This document shows, piece by piece, positions 1-8,159 of a DNA stretch of 64,000 bases; position 1 is the first letter of the stretch, and each line of letters starts with the position of its first letter. The position numbers and the translations under genes were made by a program. The notes under the pieces were generated by a model. It made no database searches, had not been told where the DNA came from, and saw nothing but the letters and a program-made list of their open reading frames with translations. The stretch is from Chlamydiia bacterium (GTDB lineage: Bacteria > Chlamydiota > Chlamydiia > Chlamydiales > 2-12-FULL-49-11), in contig JBIKLZ010000002.1 of the NCBI GenBank assembly GCA_044359535.1, positions 32,001-96,000 on the forward strand. The letters are read 5' to 3'.

Positions 1-2997
1 ATTGACAACTTTGTACAGACTCATCATCAATGTTTTATGGACAAGATCGGGGATTTCAAAGGATCGGACCACTTCTTTTTTAAAGGGTTGTAAGTAAGGG
101 ATTTTTGTTGCTTCCTCCCCTTGAGGAAAGAGGGGAAAAAAGATGCCAATATTTTCGTATTGTTTTTCGTAGTGAGAGGGTTTAGTAAAAAGAAGTTTTA
201 TTGGATCTTTTTCACTTTCTATATTGGCGATGGCTTTGACAATTTGAGGTTTAAGGACCTTGCCATTATTTACAATTGCCGAAAGGGCGACAGCGGTTTG
301 TAAAGGGGTGACAATTAGGGAGTGCTGGCCAATAGCAAAGGAGTAGAGGGAGGTTTTATTGGTTAAGATATCTGTAGGGATAGATCCACACGATTCATAA
401 GGGAGGTCAACCCCTGTTTTAGAGCCAAAACCTAGAGTTTTAGCTGTTGCAATAAGGTGGTTGGGGTCTTTAATGACATTTGAGGCAAGAAGAGCGTAAT
501 AAAGGTTTGAAGATTTTTCCATCGCTTCAGAAAAGTTGACCTTTCCGATGTTTTGATGCCCTCTTGGAAGGCGTCCCCCTTTGTACATTCTTGTAATGGG
601 GTTGTAGTTAAGATCGTAACCTAAAACAGAGTTTTTAGTAAGCTTTGCTGAATAGGGGGGGGAGTTATCGATAATAGTCATTGGATTTAATGGGAAGGAG
701 GGGTTTTGTAAGGAGGCGTAGTATTCCATTAATGCTTGATAGCCAACAAAAACCTTAAAACTTGAGCCTAAGGGGGTGTTTTCAGCAAAGGCATGAGACT
801 TAGAAAATCCAAACCCTTTACCTGGATAAAAGGATCGAGCTAAATCTTTTTCTGTAAGGGTATTTCCAGATTTAAAGGGGAAATAGTATTTTCCATATAA
901 AGGTCTATGAAGTTCGTCAAAAGAGCGCATCGTTTTTATGTAGGGAATGATCTGTGATTCAGATAGAAGTTTTAAATGATCACGGAGTTTAATGTAGGAG
1001 GGGTTTTTATTTTCTAAACCTTTTTCAATAAGGGCTTGAAAATAGGGGATTCTTAGGTCTTTTGGATGGATGGGAGCTCCAACAGTTAAATATGCCGAAA
1101 TAAATTCCCATTTATTGATCTCAAAGAATTGATGATACAAGGTTTTTTCAATCTCTTCTAAATAGGTGATGTAGGGTTTTGCGGGGGTTTTATTTTTCTG
1201 TTCCTCAAGACGTTTACTTGCCAAAAATTCTTTGAAATAGGTGCTTTTCCACTCTTTAAATTCGGTGGTATGGAAAATTTTTTTTGTGATGTGAGAAACC
1301 TCTTTTTCAACAGAAATTTTTGCATTTCCAAATTCTTTATAGGTAGAAAGGGATTCATCCCCAGTTTCTGCAAGGAGAGTGTCATCAAAAAGGTGATTAG
1401 GGCAAAATAGGCGTAAGATATCAAGAAAAAGAATTTTATCATCATTTTTTTTAATAAGAGAAAAATAGGGATCGATTTCCCTATGAATTTCCCCTAAAAG
1501 GGAGGTGTTTGCCTCAATTGTAGAAAGGACTTCATCTATTTTTTCTTTACCTGTTCGATGAAAGGTGGGGGTGTGGGACAAAGGATGTGAGTAAAGAGCA
1601 TCGATTAAAGAGTGTATAGAGTTTTGTTTGGAAAGGGAAAGTAGGGTTTCGATACAATTTTGAATAAAGTTTGCCCCATGAATGGTTTTAACCTTTTCTA
1701 GGGCTTTTTTTACCCCTGAATTTTTTGATACAATGGAAGAGACAAAAAAGTTGAAATCCACTTCTTGAGTTTCTTGGACCCATGTATCTGTGTTAATATT
1801 ATAGGTTTCTTTAAAAAGAGATTTTTCCCCATCAAAGATTTTTGCAATGTGAGAAGGGGTTTCAAGCCATTGGAGAGCATTGTCCTTATTTTCTGAAGAA
1901 AAGTCATTGGGGTCAAAGGTGGGATAGGAAGCCATGGCTACAATTTCACCAGTAGAAGGGATCATAGCAACAATAGAGCCTCCTTTTATCCAAGGGGGGG
2001 GGATTTGGTGGTGATCTTTTCCTGCTCGATGAAAATCATCACTTCGAATTTTTTCACTATCGGCAAGGAGCTTTTCGCAGTGATCTTGGAGTTTTGAGGA
2101 GATAGTAAGGAGAATTCTTCGTCCTGGGGTTTCTTCATAGGATTCAGGAAGTGAGCACCTCTTATTTCCTTTGTGATCGACAAGGAAAAAATCTTTCCCA
2201 ATAGAGCCTTTAAGTTCATTATCAAAGATTTTTTCTATGCCACTTTTTCCAACATAGGAGTGAAGGGTATAGGATTTTTCAGTGAGGGCTTTTAGGGCTT
2301 GTTTACACTCTTTTATTGAATGGTACCCTTTTGGAAGGGGGGTAATTTGATCATTACTTTGATCGTCAAGGTACTGCTTTAGAGTCTGCATAGAGTTTTT
2401 TATCTTTAGATGCTCTTTTTCATCAATAGCTCCCATATACCCAAGAAGGTGGGAGGCTACTTTTCCTTGAGGATAGGTTCTTTTTTTGCATATTCTCATG
2501 TGGAGACCTGGAAATGTTGATTCCTTTTGTTTGAGTTGATAAAAAAGCTCTTCGGAGATCTCCTTTGCTAAATCAAAGGGGGTGCTAGGAAATAAAGAAG
2601 CTTTGCTATAAATAAGGTCTTCAATTGCTTGCGCCTCTTTATCACAAAATTTTTCTACGTAGGCGCTGAGTTTAGTGATGGCTTCTTTTCGAGGGAAGGA
2701 GATTTTTTTTTGTCCATTTTCATAAGAATAGGCCCTTTGTGGGAGGCTCTTGATTGGATCATATAGAATAGAGAGGGTGTAGGAGATCGTATTGATGGCA
2801 AGGGGGGTATTGAACCTGTCTCGGATTGTCCCTCTATTGGGGGTTTTGATGATCGATCTTAAAGCGGGTTTTGCAGCTAGAGAAAGATGATACTCATGTT
2901 TAAGGATAGAAAGATAGAAAATGCGTCCTGTAAATAGGATAAAAATCCCTCCTATAAGAAAGAGGATGCGTTGGATATGATAGGATATTTCTCTCAT
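1..2997 (-). CDS. mrdA: Penicillin-binding protein 2, long chlamydial form; 3' end lies outside the window
   Basis: Not in the ORF track because no stop codon falls in the window. Hand translation from ATG 2997: MREISYHIQRILFLIGGIFILFTGRIFYLSILKHE..NRGTIRDRFNTPLAIN (TM anchor plus dimerisation domain). In the same frame: ENTPLGSSFK (SxxK, ~754-783), EAMEKSSN (SxN), AIGQHSLIVTPLQ. Frame checked at both ends and at the motifs, not codon by codon. Confidence 0.93.
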   Translation of the reverse strand, partial: MREISYHIQRILFLIGGIFILFTGRIFYLSILKHEYHLSLAAKPALRSIIKTPNRGTIRDRFNTPLAINTISYTLSILYDPIKSLPQRAYSYENGQKKISFPRKEAITKLSAYVEKFCDKEAQAIEDLIYSKASLFPSTPFDLAKEISEELFYQLKQKESTFPGLHMRICKKRTYPQGKVASHLLGYMGAIDEKEHLKIKNSMQTLKQYLDDQSNDQITPLPKGYHSIKECKQALKALTEKSYTLHSYVGKSGIEKIFDNELKGSIGKDFFLVDHKGNKRCSLPESYEETPGRRILLTISSKLQDHCEKLLADSEKIRSDDFHRAGKDHHQIPPPWIKGGSIVAMIPSTGEIVAMASYPTFDPNDFSSENKDNALQWLETPSHIAKIFDGEKSLFKETYNINTDTWVQETQEVDFNFFVSSIVSKNSGVKKALEKVKTIHGANFIQNCIETLLSLSKQNSIHSLIDALYSHPLSHTPTFHRTGKEKIDEVLSTIEANTSLLGEIHREIDPYFSLIKKNDDKILFLDILRLFCPNHLFDDTLLAETGDESLSTYKEFGNAKISVEKEVSHITKKIFHTTEFKEWKSTYFKEFLASKRLEEQKNKTPAKPYITYLEEIEKTLYHQFFEINKWEFISAYLTVGAPIHPKDLRIPYFQALIEKGLENKNPSYIKLRDHLKLLSESQIIPYIKTMRSFDELHRPLYGKYYFPFKSGNTLTEKDLARSFYPGKGFGFSKSHAFAENTPLGSSFKVFVGYQALMEYYASLQNPSFPLNPMTIIDNSPPYSAKLTKNSVLGYDLNYNPITRMYKGGRLPRGHQNIGKVNFSEAMEKSSNLYYALLASNVIKDPNHLIATAKTLGFGSKTGVDLPYESCGSIPTDILTNKTSLYSFAIGQHSLIVTPLQTAVALSAIVNNGKVLKPQIVKAIANIESEKDPIKLLFTKPSHYEKQYENIGIFFPLFPQGEEATKIPYLQPFKKEVVRSFEIPDLVHKTLMMSLYKVVN

Positions 2998-3257
2998 AAG
3001 GATCACTATAACAATTCAAAAACTTTTTGACTTGGTTTTTTTATCCCATTTTTTCTAAAGACAGGATGTATAAATTTTTTTTTAAAAAAGGATATTTCTC
3101 CCTGGTTTTTCTTTAAACCATTCATAATTAAGAAGTTTAGGTTCTCATATAAAAACCGAAAGAGTGGGATTTCAAACAGCGTATGAAGCGCCTTTTAAAA
3201 TATTATTTATTTAATCCTTTAAAAAACTATGATAGTGCATAAACAAGAGGTTTTATT

Positions 3258-4346
3258 ATGGGAAATTTAGAAGTAATGGGGGCAAAGCCACCTTTTCAGC
3301 GAGAAGCAACTGAAAGGGGAAAAAAGGGGGCTGATTTCACATTTTTAGTTGGCGCGACTCTAACTGTTGTGCCAGCCCTAGCCGCTGTTTTTCTTTCATT
3401 TGGTCTTGAAACAGCACTTATTGCGATAGTTCTTGGTGGATTTTTAGGAGCTTTTGCAATAAAAAAAATGGTAGTGCCTATTGTGGGTAAAGAAAACTAT
3501 CAAATCATCCCAGTTGGACAACATTCCTATACAATTTCAGGAATTCCACAAAAAATTCATGATTTTTTTAATTTGTTTCTAACCACGATAGATGGGGATG
3601 AGCCGATTTATACATTTGGTTCTCTTGAATATGATATAAAAAATAAAAAAATTTTGAGATACTATGGTGAAAAAGCCTTCTTTGATATAGAAAATAATGA
3701 AACCTTACTAGGTTCAATGAAGGAAGTGGCCCCTCTTTTTTTTCACTATTTTTCTCAAACAGTATTAAAAGACCGACTAGATGCGGGAGATAACTGTGCA
3801 ATTATTCATTTTACTATAGTCCCCTTTCGAACAAATTTAACTTTAGTTCACCAAGATGGGGTTTCTTCAACAGATTTACGTCAGATGATCAATAATCAAG
3901 GGGATGAAAGAAACAGCAGATGGGAAGAAGGGAAAGATAGGGCTCTTTTAATGGATGATGCCTTACTTTTTGTATACAAAAAACCTAGAAATCCTCAATT
4001 ACCGATTATTCCTACGCTCTGTGTCGAATTTCCAAAAGGGTCTACCCTTTCTCATGAAATAAAGGCATTTAGGGAAAATTTTGAAATCAATGGAGACTAC
4101 CCTCAAAAACTTATAGAAGAGAATAAGAATTTATTCAAGTTGCCGAGAATAGATGAAAATATGGCGTGGCTGTTTAATAATAATCAGACTGTTCATGCAA
4201 CTCCGCATAAAAATGTTGTTGAACATTTTTATGGGAAAATGGTGGCAGAAAGATTGCTCGATCGAGCCTCTTTTGAGCTTTCTGAAGACCATAGATCGAC
4301 CCCATTTCTTAGAGTTTCTGTCTCAACATATCGTAAAACAAAATAA
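3258..4346 (+). CDS. Inc-like bilobed-hydrophobic protein fused to a putative Fe(II)/2-oxoglutarate dioxygenase domain
   Basis: Hydrophobic stretch of ~42 aa (FTFLVGATLTVVPALAAVFLSFGLETALIAIVLGGFLGAFAI); H198-x-D200 (VHQDG), H313 (WLFNNNQTVHATP) and C-terminal Arg (RSTPFLRV); RBS AGAGG. Confidence 0.55.
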   Translation: MGNLEVMGAKPPFQREATERGKKGADFTFLVGATLTVVPALAAVFLSFGLETALIAIVLGGFLGAFAIKKMVVPIVGKENYQIIPVGQHSYTISGIPQKIHDFFNLFLTTIDGDEPIYTFGSLEYDIKNKKILRYYGEKAFFDIENNETLLGSMKEVAPLFFHYFSQTVLKDRLDAGDNCAIIHFTIVPFRTNLTLVHQDGVSSTDLRQMINNQGDERNSRWEEGKDRALLMDDALLFVYKKPRNPQLPIIPTLCVEFPKGSTLSHEIKAFRENFEINGDYPQKLIEENKNLFKLPRIDENMAWLFNNNQTVHATPHKNVVEHFYGKMVAERLLDRASFELSEDHRSTPFLRVSVSTYRKTK

Positions 4347-4446
4347 AATGAGGTTGACTCTAACACCTAAAAAACACTGTATAAAATGCAAAAACATTTC
4401 TTTAAATGTCTTATTATTGCAAATATCCCTCTAAATAAAAAAAGGC

Positions 4447-4476
4447 TTGCAACCAATCCACTGTTTTGTGTAGAAT
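4447..4476 (+). promoter_or_regulatory. Sigma66/70-type promoter for tRNA-Gly and the rpsB operon
   Basis: TTGCAA-N18-TAGAAT, 14 nt upstream of the tRNA. Confidence 0.55.
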
Positions 4477-4490
4477 GTTCTACATTATTT

Positions 4491-4561
4491 GCGCCCGTAG
4501 TTCAATGGTAGAACAATAGCCTTCCAAGCTATGAGTGTCAGTTCGATTCTGATCGGGCGCT
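4491..4561 (+). tRNA. tRNA-Gly(TCC)
   Basis: GCGCCCG/CGGGCGC acceptor stem, ATAGC-CTTCCAA-GCTAT anticodon arm, GTTCGATTC T-loop; CCA not encoded. Confidence 0.97.
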
Positions 4562-4590
4562 ATCTTCCCTCATGGGTAGGGAGATTTTTT
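4562..4590 (+). terminator. Weak hairpin with U-tract after tRNA-Gly
   Basis: ATCTTCCCT..AGGGAGAT followed by a T run. Confidence 0.4.
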
Positions 4591-4641
4591 GTAGCATCTT
4601 TTAAAGATGTAGAACCGTAGAAACACACAAGTGAGGTATTT

Positions 4642-5466
4642 TTGTCAGCGTTAAAAGAAAGAACAATCAATGTTTCCATAAAAGATTTATTAGATGCAGG
4701 GGTCCATTTTGGCCATCAAACCTACCGTTGGAATCCAAAAATGAAGCGATTCATTTATGAAGAGAGAAATGGGATCCATATTATTGATCTTTCAAAAACA
4801 ATGTATCACTTAAAAAAAGCTTGTGATGTGATTTCTAAGGAAGTGGCTAGGGGTAAAAGTGTTTTGTTTGTTGGAACAAAAAAACAAGCAAAGTTAGTTG
4901 TTGAAGATTGTGCAGAAGAGTGCGGGGAGTTCTACGTAGCTGAAAGATGGCTAGGGGGAATGCTTACAAATCTTGCCACCATTCGTGAGTCTATAAAAAA
5001 ATTAGAGCGCATCGAAAAAACCCTAGCTTTAGGAGCTGAAGGGCTGACTAAAAAAGAAGTCTCTCTTCTTATGAAAAAGCAAGTTAAATTAGACAAGAAC
5101 CTTTGTGGAATTAGAGCAATGAGAAAAGTCCCTGGGGTTTTAGTGGTTGTCGATCCCATTACTGAGCATTTAGCTGTAGCTGAGGCAAAAAAATTGGGAA
5201 TCCCAATTCTTGCTATTGTCGATACAAACGGAGACCCAGATTCTGTAGATTATGTTATTCCTGCCAATGACGATGCTTTAAAAAGCAATAAAGTCATTCT
5301 TAAAGCGTTGCAAGAGGCTATTGTTCAAGCTAAGGAGGAAAATGGTCTTCCTTTGAAAGGGGGAGAGGATGAAGAGAAACATTTTGTTTCTAAGAAATCT
5401 CACCATAGAGAGGACATTTCAAAATCTGCAAAAACTGCGGCAATATTAGAAGAAAAGGGAGTGTAA
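4642..5466 (+). CDS. rpsB: 30S ribosomal protein S2
   Basis: LLDAGVHFGHQTYRWNPKM, RWLGGMLTN, IPANDDA; TTG start. Confidence 0.99.
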   Translation: MSALKERTINVSIKDLLDAGVHFGHQTYRWNPKMKRFIYEERNGIHIIDLSKTMYHLKKACDVISKEVARGKSVLFVGTKKQAKLVVEDCAEECGEFYVAERWLGGMLTNLATIRESIKKLERIEKTLALGAEGLTKKEVSLLMKKQVKLDKNLCGIRAMRKVPGVLVVVDPITEHLAVAEAKKLGIPILAIVDTNGDPDSVDYVIPANDDALKSNKVILKALQEAIVQAKEENGLPLKGGEDEEKHFVSKKSHHREDISKSAKTAAILEEKGV

Positions 5467-5469
5467 ACA

Positions 5470-6321
5470 ATGGCTATAGTCACAGCAGAAATGATTAAAA
5501 ATATTAGAGAGAGAACCGGTGTCGGTTTGATCAAATGTAAAAATGCCCTTGAAGAAAGTGGCGGGGATGTTGAGCTTGCTATTTCAATTTTAAGAAAGGC
5601 AGGGATTGCATCAGCGGTAAAAAAAGAGTCTAGAGAAGCTAAAGAAGGGGCTATTGATTTTTCAGAGACAGCCCATGCAATTGGCTTTGTACAGATGAAT
5701 GCTGAAACAGACTTTGTGGTAAATAATGAAAAATTTAGAAGCTTTTTACATGATTTAGCTAAAGAAATGGCAGCAGGGGGGGCATCCAATGTCCATGAGC
5801 TTGTTGAAAAAGTCTATTCTAAAGATGGCGATAAGACAATTGATGAGAAGAGAAAAGAGTTAGTCTCTGTCCTTGGAGAAAATATTGTCATCTCTAAAGC
5901 CTTTTCATTAAAAAAACATAGCAATGTTTCCTATGGAATCTACTCTCACATGAATGGAAAGATTTTTTGTTTAGTAGAAATTGAGGGAAGCGCTTCTCAA
6001 ACCGATTTAGCTAAAGAAATTGCGATGCATGTAGCTGCTGAAGCTCCAGACTATTTATCTCACGATCAAGTCCCTGCAGATATCAAAGCGGCAGAAGAAG
6101 AGATTGCAAAATCTTTAGTTCCTAAAGGAAAACCTGCTGAAATTGTTGAGAAAATTGTAAGTGGCAAAATGCAAGCGTTTTATAATGATGTCTGCTTAGT
6201 CAATCAGAAGTATATTAAAGATCCTTCAATGTCAGTAGAAGATCTTGTAAAAGCAAAAGGTAAAGAGAAGGGAGAACATCTCAAGCTCAAAGGGTTCTAC
6301 AGACTTCAAATCGGTATGTAG
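5470..6321 (+). CDS. tsf: Elongation factor Ts
   Basis: IRERTGVG, ETDFV, IAMHVAA; follows rpsB. Confidence 0.99.
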   Translation: MAIVTAEMIKNIRERTGVGLIKCKNALEESGGDVELAISILRKAGIASAVKKESREAKEGAIDFSETAHAIGFVQMNAETDFVVNNEKFRSFLHDLAKEMAAGGASNVHELVEKVYSKDGDKTIDEKRKELVSVLGENIVISKAFSLKKHSNVSYGIYSHMNGKIFCLVEIEGSASQTDLAKEIAMHVAAEAPDYLSHDQVPADIKAAEEEIAKSLVPKGKPAEIVEKIVSGKMQAFYNDVCLVNQKYIKDPSMSVEDLVKAKGKEKGEHLKLKGFYRLQIGM

Positions 6322-6375
6322 AAATTTTTTTCAGCGTCATTTCTTTGGCGCTGAAAGCATTTAGTATAGGGTGGG

Positions 6376-7104
6376 TTGAATATGTCAAAAAAAGTGTCCT
6401 ATAACAGAGTTATTTTAAAATTATCTGGTGAAGTCTTAGCCGGTAAATACCCCTATGGAATCGATTATGCTGTTGCAGAAACGATTGCCGATACAATCAT
6501 TGCCATTCAGGATTTGGGTGTTGAAGTCGGAATTGTTATTGGCGGTGGAAACATTTTTCGCGGCTCGACAGCAAAAAATCTAGGTTTTGAAAGGACCCCT
6601 GCCGATACAATCGGCATTTTAGCAACGTGTATCAATGGACTTGCGCTTCATCAAGTCCTTCTTTCAAAGAAAAGGAAGGCCCGAGTGATGAGTTCGAGAA
6701 ATTTTGATGGGATCATTGAGCCCTTCAATTGGATGCAGGCAAATTTATACATGTTGGATAAGGTGGCTTTAATTTTTGTTGGGGGAACTGGAAACCCTTA
6801 TTTTACTACCGATTCAGCTGCCGCTCTCCGTGCTTGTGAGGTGGGTGCAGATGTCTTAATCAAAGCGACAAAATTTGGCGGGGTTTTTGATAAAGATCCA
6901 GCCCTTCATCAAGATGCCACTGTTTTAAAAAATCTTACCTTTTCAAAGGCTTTAGAAATGCATTTAAATTTTATGGACGCAAGTGCTATCGCTCTATGTA
7001 GGGACAATTTGATTCCAATTCAAGTTTGTGATATTTTTGATAAAAACACTCTGCTGGAAATCATCAAAACCGGTCAAGGTGGCTCATTAATAACCAAAGG
7101 ATAG
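6376..7104 (+). CDS. pyrH: UMP kinase (start may be ATG 6382)
   Basis: RVILKLSGE, GGGNIFRG, GTGNPYFTTDSAAALRA. Confidence 0.98.
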   Translation: MNMSKKVSYNRVILKLSGEVLAGKYPYGIDYAVAETIADTIIAIQDLGVEVGIVIGGGNIFRGSTAKNLGFERTPADTIGILATCINGLALHQVLLSKKRKARVMSSRNFDGIIEPFNWMQANLYMLDKVALIFVGGTGNPYFTTDSAAALRACEVGADVLIKATKFGGVFDKDPALHQDATVLKNLTFSKALEMHLNFMDASAIALCRDNLIPIQVCDIFDKNTLLEIIKTGQGGSLITKG

Positions 7105-7107
7105 AAA

Positions 7108-7656
7108 ATGAATATAGATAAAGAAACTGAGCAGTTAATGAAAAAGGCTGTTGAGCATCTTTCTGATGATTATAAAACACTTCGTACAAATAGGGTAAAT
7201 GGCTCTCTTTTAGATTCATTAAAGGTTTCTGTCTATGGATCAGATGTCTTATTAAAAACGGTGGCTACAGTCCTTGTCCAAGAAAGAAACTTAATAATTA
7301 CCCCTTTTGATCCAAGTATCACTGGAGAGATTGTCAAGGCTATTAATACCTCTCAGCTCAACCTAAATGCCATCAATGATGGTAAATCTGTAAGGGTTCC
7401 TGTTCCCCCACTTAACGAAGAACTTAGAAAAGATATTGCTCGCCAAGCAAAACAAAAGCTTGAACAAGCTAAAATTGCTGTCAGAGAAATCAGAAGAAAA
7501 GCTAAAGATCATGCTAAAAAGAAAAAAACAGATGGGGAAATCACTGAAGATGATATTAAAAGTCTTGATAAAAAGCTTCAGACCCTCACAGATGATATGT
7601 GTGCAAAATTAGATCAGATGTTTTCTGCTAAAGAAAAAGAAATCATGACAATTTAA
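7108..7656 (+). CDS. frr: Ribosome recycling factor
   Basis: LRTNR, VPPLNEELRK, AKIAVREIRR, KEKEIM. Confidence 0.98.
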   Translation: MNIDKETEQLMKKAVEHLSDDYKTLRTNRVNGSLLDSLKVSVYGSDVLLKTVATVLVQERNLIITPFDPSITGEIVKAINTSQLNLNAINDGKSVRVPVPPLNEELRKDIARQAKQKLEQAKIAVREIRRKAKDHAKKKKTDGEITEDDIKSLDKKLQTLTDDMCAKLDQMFSAKEKEIMTI

Positions 7657-7692
7657 TAGAAGGGGTTTTAGCAAAATTTTCTGAAAAAGATA

Positions 7693-7721
7693 TTGTGGTA
7701 AATGAGCTGATTTACTATAAT
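7693..7721 (+). promoter_or_regulatory. Promoter for tRNA-Glu and tRNA-Lys
   Basis: TTGTGG-N17-TATAAT, 13 nt upstream of tRNA-Glu. Confidence 0.55.
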
Positions 7722-7734
7722 TATTCGCAAATCT

Positions 7735-7809
7735 GGCCCCATCGTCTAGCCCGGCCTAGGACACCAGGTTTTCATCCTGGCAACAGGGGTTCGAATCCCC
7801 TTGGGGTCA
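7735..7809 (+). tRNA. tRNA-Glu(TTC)
   Basis: GGCCCCA/TGGGGTC acceptor stem, CCAGG-TTTTCAT-CCTGG anticodon arm, GGTTCGAATCC. Confidence 0.97.
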
Positions 7810-7812
7810 AAT

Positions 7813-7886
7813 GGGGCTTTAGCTCAGTTGGTTAGAGCATCTCCCTTTTAAGGAGAGGGTCGTAAGTTCGAGTCTTACAAGCCTCA
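7813..7886 (+). tRNA. tRNA-Lys(TTT)
   Basis: GGGGCTT/AAGCCTC acceptor stem, TCTCC-CTTTTAA-GGAGA anticodon arm, GTTCGAGTC. Confidence 0.97.
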
Positions 7887-7898
7887 TTAAGCCAGATT

Positions 7899-7932
7899 AA
7901 AAAACTCGTAGTGAAAACTACGGGTTTTTTTT
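7899..7932. terminator. Intrinsic terminator after the tRNAs, probably bidirectional
   Basis: A-run, ACTCGTAGT-GAAA-ACTACGGGT, T-run. Confidence 0.85.
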
Positions 7933-8082
7933 ATCCCCAAATTCTTTTTCCAGGCAGTAGTCGATGGCTTTAAGAATAAGCCGTTCCATTTCTTTAGTTG
8001 TTGTGACCTCATGAAGAATATTCTCTTCAAAAATCGCAGCCACCTTTACTAAAAAATCTTCTTCAGTGCTTTTTTTTTCCAT
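7918..8082 (-). CDS. Small hypothetical protein, 54 aa (below the ORF-track cutoff)
   Basis: MEKKSTEEDFLVKVAAIFEENILHEVTTTKEMERLILKAIDYCLEKEFGDKKNP*; RBS AAGGAG 8 nt upstream; extended -10 TGCTATAAT at 8110-8118. Confidence 0.6.
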   Translation of the reverse strand: MEKKSTEEDFLVKVAAIFEENILHEVTTTKEMERLILKAIDYCLEKEFGDKKNP

Positions 8083-8159
8083 GCAACACACTCCTTTAAA
8101 GGTACTGTCATTATAGCATCTTTAGGCAAAATGTTCTCATCTACTTAAGGGTGAATCAA

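Noticed and set aside
121-2225. Short track ORFs 121-303, 1158-1445, 1710-1916, 1986-2225
   Set aside because: Shadow frames inside the pbp2 CDS
4153-5789. Alternative-frame ORFs overlapping the 3258 gene, rpsB and tsf, and similar 60-135 aa ORFs throughout the window
   Set aside because: Overlap well-supported genes and show no motifs or good start signals
6329-6356. Hairpin TTTCAGCGTCA..TGGCGCTGAAA between tsf and pyrH as a plus-strand terminator
   Set aside because: No U-tract follows it on the coding strand; more likely a pause or stability hairpin
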